Notes under the pieces: model-generated
Databases searched by the model: none
Told to the model about the DNA's origin: nothing
Seen by the model: the letters and a program-made list of their open reading frames with translations, nothing else
Program-made: the position numbers and the translations under genes
From: Candidatus Sulfomarinibacteraceae bacterium
Lineage (GTDB): Bacteria > Acidobacteriota > Thermoanaerobaculia > Thermoanaerobaculales > Sulfomarinibacteraceae
Reading direction: 5' to 3'
NCBI GenBank assembly: GCA_963796455.1
Contig: CAWCLO010000001.1
Location: 960,001-1,024,000, forward strand
DNA length: 64,000 nt
Shown: positions 39,783 to 47,589 of the stretch, in pieces
How the letters are laid out: every line of letters begins with the position of its first letter
Numbering within the stretch: position 1 is the stretch's first letter

Positions 39783-40410
39783 AACTGTCCAAAACAAATC
39801 AACATGTGAAGTTTCCCAACTGACAACACGTGGTTTACGAGTTGGTTTTTGGCATTTCCGGTTCGCGGTTGCCCCGCGCCCGCGTCCGTTTCCGGAATGG
39901 AGCGGCAGCGACAGGGACAGGAACCGGCGAACAGGGACAGCGATCAGTGATCAGGTGCAGCGATCAGGTGCAGCGACGGCGTGGCCACCACCGGGTCGTT
40001 CAACAGAAGGGGTAGCCGGTGGGCGGCCGAGTTGGTAGAGACCGGTCGAACCACTGGAGAATCGCCTACGCCTCGGCCAAAGGGGTCGACAGCCACTTGC
40101 AGCTCCTCGCCCACGCCGGGGCGATCAGCCCGAACGGAGCCAGTGAAGCGATGAACGCCTTCGATCAGGTCCGTGCGATGACCTGGCGCCTCTTGAACCC
40201 GAAAATGTGAGCGCTGGTCGCTGCCGCTGTCTGCTGTTCCCCTGTCGCTGTCCCTGAATCTTGTCCGAGACACTATCTTGGACAACAGTGATCCAGTATC
40301 GAGCATCAAGTATCGAGTATCGAGCGAAAGCTCACCCTTTCTCCCTTTCCCCCTCCCTTTCCCCCTTTCCCCCTTTCTCACATTCGGGTACGGGATCGGG
40401 ATCGGAACGG
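39783..40410. mobile_element. Copy C: shared module, R/L frame (39892-40293), longest four-helix remnant, TATCGAG and CCCTTT arrays
   Basis: Colinear with the reverse complement of copy A. Confidence 0.78.
40024..40210 (+). pseudogene. C-terminal half of a four helix bundle gene
   Basis: GRVGRDRSNHWRIAYASAKGVDSHLQLLAHAGAI...AMNAFDQVRAMTWRLLNPKM* fits the EG.GR...IA.GS..E half of the family; the N-terminal half is absent. Confidence 0.7.
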
Positions 40411-40468
40411 ACGGGCGGACGGCGAGCAGCCTGTGTAAAATACCGGTCAATCGGCGAAGGAGGATGCC

Positions 40469-41680
40469 ATGCAGGAGTTGCTGAGCAAGGAGAACCTCGA
40501 TTATCAGGAACGAGCCCGCGAGGTGGCCGAAAAGTACGTGCGGCCCCGGGCGGCCGAGCTCGACCAGACCGGCGAATACGGCTGGGACATCCTGGAGGCC
40601 CTCAAGTCCTACGATCTGACCGGGTCGTGGATACCCAAAGAGTATGGCGGCCACGATGCGGGCGTCCTCAACCTCTGTCTCATCGTCGAGCAGCTGTCGC
40701 GGGCCTGCGGCGGAGTCGGTGTGGCCTACGCGGTCAACGCTCTCGGGTCCTTTCCGATCATCATCGGCGGCACCGAGGAACAGAAACAGAAGTACCTCCC
40801 GTCGATCGCAAAGGGTGAAAACCTGATCGCCTTTGGTCTCTCAGAAAAAGCATCGGGCTCCGATGCCGGCAGCTTGCGAACCACCGCCACCGAGGACGGC
40901 GACGATTTCATCCTCAACGGCCAGAAGAAGTGGAACACCAACGGCGGTGTGGCATCGTTCTTCACCATCTATGCCCTCACCCGGCCGGATCGAGGAATGC
41001 GGGGAATCTCGGCATTCATCGTGGAAAAAGACACCCCCGGTTTTACGATCGGAAAACGCGAAGACACGATGGGCATCCGCACCGTGTCGGTCAACGAGCT
41101 CGAGTTCACGGATTGCCGGGTACCATCGTCACAGCTCATGGGTCACACCGAGGGCAACGGGTTCAAAAACGCCATGATGACCCTCGATCGCGCCCGGCCC
41201 GGCGTCGCCGCTCAGGCACTGGGCCTCGCCCAGGGAGCCTTCGAGTGGGCCATGCGTTATACCTCCGAGCGAAAACAATTCGGCCAGATGGTGATGTCGC
41301 ACCAGGCGGTCCAGTTCATGCTTGCCGATATGGCAACCCAGATCGAGGCCGCCCGGCAGTTGGTCTATGCCTCGGCAAGGCTGATCGATTCGGGAGCAAA
41401 AAACATCAACAAACTGGCGGCCATGGGCAAGGTCTTCGCTACCGACACGGCGATGAAGGTGACCACCGACGCGGTCCAGCTCTTCGGTGGTTATGGATAC
41501 TGCAAGGACTATCCAATCGAGAAATACATGCGGGACGCCAAGATCACCCAGATCTATGAGGGCACCAACCAGGTTCAGCGTCTGGTGATCGGCCGCGCGT
41601 TGACCCGGGAACTCAAGGAGCTGACCGGCCACCTCGATGTGATCGTCGAGCATTTTCCGGAGGACGAGAAGGACGACTGA
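40469..41680 (+). CDS. Acyl-CoA dehydrogenase
   Basis: FGLSEKASGSD, NGQKKWNTNG, QLFGGYGY and TQIYEGTNQVQR motifs. Confidence 0.95.
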   Translation: MQELLSKENLDYQERAREVAEKYVRPRAAELDQTGEYGWDILEALKSYDLTGSWIPKEYGGHDAGVLNLCLIVEQLSRACGGVGVAYAVNALGSFPIIIGGTEEQKQKYLPSIAKGENLIAFGLSEKASGSDAGSLRTTATEDGDDFILNGQKKWNTNGGVASFFTIYALTRPDRGMRGISAFIVEKDTPGFTIGKREDTMGIRTVSVNELEFTDCRVPSSQLMGHTEGNGFKNAMMTLDRARPGVAAQALGLAQGAFEWAMRYTSERKQFGQMVMSHQAVQFMLADMATQIEAARQLVYASARLIDSGAKNINKLAAMGKVFATDTAMKVTTDAVQLFGGYGYCKDYPIEKYMRDAKITQIYEGTNQVQRLVIGRALTRELKELTGHLDVIVEHFPEDEKDD

Positions 41681-41689
41681 CGTCGTCCT

Positions 41690-42196
41690 GAATTCGGAGT
41701 TCGGGCGGAGTTCGGAGTTCGGAGTTCGGAGTTCGGAGTTCGGAGTTCGGAGTCACTCTAGTCCAAGACAACGTCTCGGACAGCGTCCAGGGGCAGGGAA
41801 GAGCAAACAGCGACGGCGAACAGCCGCCCATGACGCGATGAAGGCGTTCGACCAGGTCCGTGCCATGACTTGGCGGCTGTTGAATCCGAAGGAGTGAGTG
41901 CTGTCTGCTGTCGCTGACCGCTGTCCCTGTTCGCTGCTGCCTGTCGCTGACGCTGGACACTGTCGCTGCCGCTGCAATTCGGGATTGGGATCGGGTACGG
42001 GCCAATCGCGAACAGGATATGTCAACAACCAACCAGTCAACCTCGGGTTGTCACATGGGCAACTTCACGTGGCGAACAGGATATGACAGCAGTGGTTCGG
42101 AGTTCTGAGTTCGAAATGCCGTCGACCCACCCCGGGGACCATGGCGTTCCGATCGATCGCAGTTTGCAATCCCGAATTCCGAATTCCGAACTTTGA
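41690..42196. mobile_element. Copy D: L/R-framed element (41753-41983) plus shared module, inserted in a (GGAGTTC)n arm; remnant 41819-41897 flipped relative to the frame
   Basis: Remnant reads HDAMKAFDQVRAMTWRLLNPKE*; the GGAGTTC array resumes at about 42095; inverted GAATTCC arm at 42170-42195. Confidence 0.78.
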
Positions 42197-42197
42197 C

Positions 42198-42836
42198 CTA
42201 GCCCTCATCCAGCGAACGGTGATACTCGTGCTCCCAGTCGTTCCACCATTCCTTCTCGATGCCGCCGCAGGTCACGGCAAAGGCCGAACATGCAACGCAG
42301 CCGTCGCCACGAATGGCATCCTCGTCATCGAGGGGAGGGAACCGCTCGATCAGTTCTTCACCGAGAACACGGGCGGCTTCCTCGGCGGGTTCTGGCGGCC
42401 GACCCTCGAGGCGGGCGACTCCGCCGCGTATCAGGCGTTGCTTCGCTTCAGGGAAAATGACGCTGTCTTCCTTGTCCAGGTGCTCCCACAGATGATGGGC
42501 GATGCGTCGGGCGATCTCAGGAGCTCTGTCAGGGTCTTTCGCAGCCGCCTCGAGCTCGACGACCATCGCCTCCGACTCGCGGTGTTCGGCATTCATGATG
42601 GCGATCGGCCCACGATCTCCGGGCACCTCGGCGCGTTCGACGAGAATGGGGAAAAGGACTTTTTCTTCACGCTCATGGTGGTAGCCACCAATATAGACCC
42701 TTAGAACGCGAACGAAATCGTCAACATCAGAACTGGAGACAGCCCCCTCCTTCGAGCGTTCCGCGAGGCGCACCAGCGATCCTGCCAGTCGATCAACGAG
42801 ACGGTGTTCGGCTTCGAACTCCTCGAAAAGCTTCAT
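42198..42836 (-). CDS. Hemerythrin (HHE) domain protein with Cys-rich C-terminal tail
   Basis: EH...HHEREE..LFP...EH...HLDKED motifs; tail GCVACSAFAVTCGG. Confidence 0.8.
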   Translation of the reverse strand: MKLFEEFEAEHRLVDRLAGSLVRLAERSKEGAVSSSDVDDFVRVLRVYIGGYHHEREEKVLFPILVERAEVPGDRGPIAIMNAEHRESEAMVVELEAAAKDPDRAPEIARRIAHHLWEHLDKEDSVIFPEAKQRLIRGGVARLEGRPPEPAEEAARVLGEELIERFPPLDDEDAIRGDGCVACSAFAVTCGGIEKEWWNDWEHEYHRSLDEG

Positions 42837-44566
42837 CAGTCGATGGCGGGGACCACGACACCCGCCGCTCCCGGGCCCCGTGGGTCCTGTGCCGCCTTCA
42901 ACTCCCCGGCCATCACACCGCGCACCGCATGCACTTCGCCAAGGCTTCTGGTATCACGAAGCTCATGTCCGCGCCCTAACAAAACTTTCGCCGTGTCCGG
43001 GCCGAATGCATCCGCTTCGAAAAAAATGGCGTCAGGAAACCACTGGTGGTGAATGCGTCCGCGGTCCACCGCCGCCTGCAGTTCATCCGAATCGACAATC
43101 AGGTTGAGAAGCACCTGGGCCGTGGCGGTCGGAATGCGCGATCCACCCGGAGAGCCGACAACGATCACCTCGCGGCCCTTCCAGGCCACAGTGGGGCTCA
43201 TGGATGACAGCATCCGTTTGCCCGGGCCGACGGAGTTGGCCTCTCCCTGGATGAGACCGTAATAGTTCGGTTTTCCCGGTGCAACGGCAAAATCGTCCAT
43301 CTCGTTGTTGAGAATGAAGCCCGCACCGGGGACCAGCAGGCCACATCCATAGCTCCCGTTGAGGGTGGTGGTCAAAGACACCGCGTTGCCATCGCCATCC
43401 ATTACGGAAAGGTGAGTGGTTTCCGGCGATTCCTCGGCCAATTCGCGCGACCAGGAGGCAACGCTGTCGGAGGGTGTAGCCCTATCGGTGGTTATTTCGG
43501 CCGCCCGAAGATCGAGCCAATCGGGGTCGAGGAGCTGGCTGGAATTCGCAAGGCTGGTCCTCGGATCGCCGAGGAGATAACGATCCGCGTAGGCCCGCCG
43601 CCATACCTCCGCCAAAAGGTGTGAACGATCAGCACCGAAACGGGGCAATTCTTCCCACTCCAGTCGTTCAAGAAGGCCGCAGGTTTCGCCGAGAATAATG
43701 CCACCCGAGGATGGCAGCGGCATGGAAATCACATCCCAACCATAGGCCTTGAATCTGACCGGTTTGCGCCAAACGGCCCGATAGGCCGAAAGATCGGCGG
43801 CTCTCAAGATCCCGCCGTGAAGCCGAGATGCCATTTCGACGGCGGCCGCAATCGGACCCTCTGTCAACGCCGGCACGCCCCGTTCGGCATAGGCCTCGAG
43901 CGTGGCGGCAAGATGGGGCAAACGCATGACACTGCCCGGTTTGGGCGGTTTGCCACCCGGAAACCAGACCGCCGCCGTCTCCGGAAAACTTAACAATTTT
44001 TCGGAGCTGGCCTCGAGCGACCGCTCGAGGCGGCGGGTGACCACGAATCCCTCACGCGCGAGCCGGATCGCAGGCTCGACCACCCGTTTCCATGGCAACT
44101 GTCCGTACTTCTTATGGAGTTCAAAAAGACCGGTCGGTGAGCCCGGCACGCCCGCCGCCAGCGGGCCGATCAACGACGCCTCCCGACGGGGCTCACCTTT
44201 GGCGTCGAGGTACATATCGTGGGTCGCGTCGGCCGGGGCGGTCTCGCGGAAATCGAGGGTGTTGACTTCGCCCCGGATCCGCACAACTGCAAACCCACCA
44301 CCTCCCAGGTTTCCAGCCGATGGATGAACAACGGCCAGGGCCAGGGCGGTGGCGACAGCGGCATCGGCGGCGTTGCCGCCGGCGGCAAGGGTTTCGAGAC
44401 CGGCCGCCGTGGCCGCAGGCGCGGCACACGCAACCGCACCCCCGGTACCTCGCGCCGCCTCCGGGTGGGCGGCGATGGCCGGATCTGCGATCACAATCGA
44501 AAGAAAAAAGGCGGCCGTTGTGACCGCGATCAGGGAACAGTGGCGGATGGTTCGTGGCGTCATCAT
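42836..44566 (-). CDS. ggt: Gamma-glutamyltransferase
   Basis: GGNAADAA, GGGGF, DFRE, ETTHLS, LNNEMDDF, LSSMSPT and GSPGG motifs. Confidence 0.95.
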   Translation of the reverse strand: MMTPRTIRHCSLIAVTTAAFFLSIVIADPAIAAHPEAARGTGGAVACAAPAATAAGLETLAAGGNAADAAVATALALAVVHPSAGNLGGGGFAVVRIRGEVNTLDFRETAPADATHDMYLDAKGEPRREASLIGPLAAGVPGSPTGLFELHKKYGQLPWKRVVEPAIRLAREGFVVTRRLERSLEASSEKLLSFPETAAVWFPGGKPPKPGSVMRLPHLAATLEAYAERGVPALTEGPIAAAVEMASRLHGGILRAADLSAYRAVWRKPVRFKAYGWDVISMPLPSSGGIILGETCGLLERLEWEELPRFGADRSHLLAEVWRRAYADRYLLGDPRTSLANSSQLLDPDWLDLRAAEITTDRATPSDSVASWSRELAEESPETTHLSVMDGDGNAVSLTTTLNGSYGCGLLVPGAGFILNNEMDDFAVAPGKPNYYGLIQGEANSVGPGKRMLSSMSPTVAWKGREVIVVGSPGGSRIPTATAQVLLNLIVDSDELQAAVDRGRIHHQWFPDAIFFEADAFGPDTAKVLLGRGHELRDTRSLGEVHAVRGVMAGELKAAQDPRGPGAAGVVVPAID

Positions 44567-44636
44567 GCGAGTGTACTGCAACCAGGTGGAACCAAAACAG
44601 TCCCTGGCGCGTAGTCAAGATATGGGAGGAAAAACC

Positions 44637-45086
44637 ATGCCCGTTTCTTCAGAATCGAGCCCGGCAGAGGTGCCGGCGAACGATCTTGCACGCCACATCC
44701 GCCGCACACTCGGCCAACTCGAGCATGTGGATCGCGATACGGCCGGATATCTCAACTCTCTCGCCTTCATTCTGCAACGGGTTGCGGGCGCCGACGACGA
44801 GATCAGCGATGACGAGGTCGATCGGATGGAAAAGATTCTGATCGAACACGCAGAAATCACCGCCCCACAGGCCGTATTGACGGTCGAGATCGCCAAACAC
44901 CGTTGGCAGCTGGCCGATTGTTGCTGCTCCTACCGATCGTCGCGCGAACTCCGGGAACGACTCGATCCTCGATCGCGAAAACAACTGCAGGGCTTTCTCC
45001 GTTCGGTTGCCAATGCCGACGGTGTTGTCCACCCTTCGGAGCAGGCAGAAATCCGGCAGATTTCTGCCGAACTCGGGATGATCTGA
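44637..45086 (+). CDS. TerB/DjlA-N-like protein
   Basis: VAGADDEISDDE and VANADGVVHPSE paired motifs. Confidence 0.75.
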   Translation: MPVSSESSPAEVPANDLARHIRRTLGQLEHVDRDTAGYLNSLAFILQRVAGADDEISDDEVDRMEKILIEHAEITAPQAVLTVEIAKHRWQLADCCCSYRSSRELRERLDPRSRKQLQGFLRSVANADGVVHPSEQAEIRQISAELGMI

Positions 45087-45117
45087 GCCTCTTTTCCGGT
45101 GCTGCGAGCTTTTTCTG

Positions 45118-45193
45118 GAGTTTTGAGGTCTGAGTTTTGAGTTTTGAGTTGAGGAACCGTCATCAGTGGTGGTGGAACTCAAAACTCAGACCT
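45118..45193. repeat. Inverted (TTTTGAG)n arms, empty
   Basis: Perfect 18-bp inverted repeat AGGTCTGAGTTTTGAGTT (45126-45143) / AACTCAAAACTCAGACCT (45176-45193). Confidence 0.9.
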
Positions 45194-45264
45194 GAGCTTT
45201 TTCGGCGCCCGGAATCAGCTATCATTCCTATTCAAGGCCGTGTCCGGTGCGGCTGGAGGAATGG

Positions 45265-46224
45265 ATGACTTGGAACTACTCAGAAAAAACCACCGAGCTC
45301 TTTATGGCTGCGGTGCAGGGAAAACCTGGGACCCACCTCGGGGAAATCGAAGACTCCGACGGTTACGGCGAGCACGGTTCGATCGCGTGCGGCGACGCAC
45401 TCCGATTCACCTTCAGAGTCGAGCGTCACCCGACTGAACCGGTCAAAGACCGAATAACCGAAGCGCGCTACCTGACCTTTGGATGCACCTCGGCGATCGC
45501 CGCATCGGAAGCGCTGTGCGCCATCATCGAGAAAGGCGACTACACGCCGATCGAGGCCCTCAAAATCACCAACAACGACATCGTCGATTATCTCGAGGGG
45601 CTGCCCCAGGCGAAGATCCACTGTTCGGTCATGGGTGCCGAGGCACTCGAAGCAGCGGTTTTCAACTGGGCCCAGAAACGGGGAGTGGACCTGGTCGAGT
45701 TGGGTGTCGATATCCGGCGCGAGGAGCAGGAGGAGGGCCGGCTGGTCTGCACCTGCTTTGGGCTCACCGAGCCGTATATCGAACGCAAGATCGCGGAGCT
45801 CGAACTCAAGACCATTCCCGAAATCACCAATGCCATCAAGGCGGGCGGCGCCTGCATGTCGTGCCACCACACCCCAGGAGGCTTGCAGGATCTCCTGGCG
45901 AAAGTCTGGGGACAACAACCAACGACGTTCAAGGAACTCCCGGTGCTGCCGACGTCGCGCGAACCCAGAGCGCAACCCCCTCGGGAAATGTCACCGTTCA
46001 AGTTCGCCAAACTCGTGGAACACGTGCTCGACGAACGCGTGCGCCCGCAACTTGCCAAGGACGGCGGAGACATCGAAATCATCGACATCAAAGACCAGGT
46101 GGTCTACGTCGGCATGACGGGAGCATGTTCGGATTGCATGGGTTCGACCAACACCATCAAGATGCTCGTCGAACAGGCTCTGAAGGATCAGATCGACGAA
46201 CGAATTCGAGTCGTCCAGGTTTGA
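45265..46224 (+). CDS. nifU: NifU-type Fe-S scaffold (IscU + BFD-like 2Fe-2S + Nfu domains)
   Basis: ACGD, FGCTSAIA and KIHCS; CTC...CMSC; DGGDIE...GACSDC. Confidence 0.92.
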   Translation: MTWNYSEKTTELFMAAVQGKPGTHLGEIEDSDGYGEHGSIACGDALRFTFRVERHPTEPVKDRITEARYLTFGCTSAIAASEALCAIIEKGDYTPIEALKITNNDIVDYLEGLPQAKIHCSVMGAEALEAAVFNWAQKRGVDLVELGVDIRREEQEEGRLVCTCFGLTEPYIERKIAELELKTIPEITNAIKAGGACMSCHHTPGGLQDLLAKVWGQQPTTFKELPVLPTSREPRAQPPREMSPFKFAKLVEHVLDERVRPQLAKDGGDIEIIDIKDQVVYVGMTGACSDCMGSTNTIKMLVEQALKDQIDERIRVVQV

Positions 46225-46241
46225 TTCGATCTTTACAGATC

Positions 46242-46288
46242 TCATTTTTTGCCGCGCGTGCCCGCCTGGCGACCGCGGCAAAAAATGA
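46242..46288. repeat. Perfect 15-bp inverted repeat between nifU and nifS
   Basis: TCATTTTTTGCCGCG-N17-CGCGGCAAAAAATGA. Confidence 0.85.
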
Positions 46289-46309
46289 ATAGCAGACAGG
46301 AAACGAACA

Positions 46310-47545
46310 GTGGACGTGATCTACCTCGACAACAACGCAACCACCAGGGTGGCACCCGAAGTCGTAGAGGCGATGATGCCCTACCTGACGGATGAGTACT
46401 TCAACCCGAGTTCCATGTACGAAGCGGCGCGGGTGCCGGCCGACGCGGTGACCGCCGCGAGAAAGACGATTGCCCGCTGTCTTGGCAAGGTGCGCCCGAG
46501 CGAGGTCCTTTTCACCTCCTGTGCCTCGGAAAGCAACAACCACGCGGTCTTCGGCACGATTGCCGCCAATCCGGAACGACGCCACGTGGTCACCACCGGG
46601 GTCGAACACCCGGCCATCTACGAGGTCGGGAAGGATCTCGAGCGGCGAAATCTCGAGGTCGACTTCGTACCAGTCGACAGCCAAGGACGAATCGACACCA
46701 GGGAATTCGTTCGGGCCCTTCGCCCCGACACCCTACTGGTTTCGGTGATGCACGCTAACAACGAAACCGGTGTCATCTTTCCGGTGGAGGAGCTGGCGCG
46801 AATCAGCAAAGAGACCGACCCCTCGATCGTTTTTCACACCGATGCCACCCAGACCACCGGCAAACTTCCGATCGATCTGCGTGGAGCCTTCAAAAACGTC
46901 GACCTGCTCTCCTTCTCCGGCCACAAACTGCACGCCCCGAAGGGCATCGGAGCGCTGTATATCCGACGCGGCACACCGTGCCGGCCGTTCCTGCTCGGCG
47001 GGCACCAGGAAGACGGCCGTCGCGCCGGCACCGAAAACGTGGCCTTCATCGTCGGTCTGGCGCGGGCCCTCGAGTTGGCCGTGGAGCGGCACGCCGAAGA
47101 CGAACCCAGGATCACCGCCATGCGCGACCGTCTCCAGCGTGAACTTGTGAAACGAATTCCCTATCTCGAGGTCAACGGCGGCGAGGCCCCCCGACTCGAC
47201 AACACCCTGAACGTCGCCTGCCACTTCGTCGAAGGCGAGGGCATCCTCTACCAGCTTTCAGAGCACGGTATCTGCGCCTCGTCGGGCTCTGCCTGCACCT
47301 CCGGCTCCCTCGAGCCCTCGCATGTTCTGCGGGGCATGAAGGTGCCCTTTACCGCCGTCCACGGATCGGTTCGCTTCAGCCTCAGCCACTACACCACCGA
47401 TGCCGAGATCGACAAGGTCATCGAGGTCTTCCCCGAGATCATCGCCAGCCTGCGCCGCCTTTCACCCTACTGGGACTCCACGAAAAACGCGCCCCGACCC
47501 GAGGCGCTGGAGATGCTCGAAGAAACCGAGATGCCGCACGCCTGA
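46310..47545 (+). CDS. nifS: Cysteine desulfurase NifS
   Basis: YLDNNATT, ANNETG, SGHKLHAPKG and SSGSACTSGSLEPSHVL motifs. Confidence 0.93.
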   Translation: MDVIYLDNNATTRVAPEVVEAMMPYLTDEYFNPSSMYEAARVPADAVTAARKTIARCLGKVRPSEVLFTSCASESNNHAVFGTIAANPERRHVVTTGVEHPAIYEVGKDLERRNLEVDFVPVDSQGRIDTREFVRALRPDTLLVSVMHANNETGVIFPVEELARISKETDPSIVFHTDATQTTGKLPIDLRGAFKNVDLLSFSGHKLHAPKGIGALYIRRGTPCRPFLLGGHQEDGRRAGTENVAFIVGLARALELAVERHAEDEPRITAMRDRLQRELVKRIPYLEVNGGEAPRLDNTLNVACHFVEGEGILYQLSEHGICASSGSACTSGSLEPSHVLRGMKVPFTAVHGSVRFSLSHYTTDAEIDKVIEVFPEIIASLRRLSPYWDSTKNAPRPEALEMLEETEMPHA

Positions 47546-47589
47546 CGGGAGCGCCGGCGACCGTCCCCGCACCCGGTGATGGCAGAGGG

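Noticed and set aside
45265..47545. Nitrogen fixation cluster
   Set aside because: Only nifU and nifS are present, which serve as a general Fe-S assembly system in many anaerobes.
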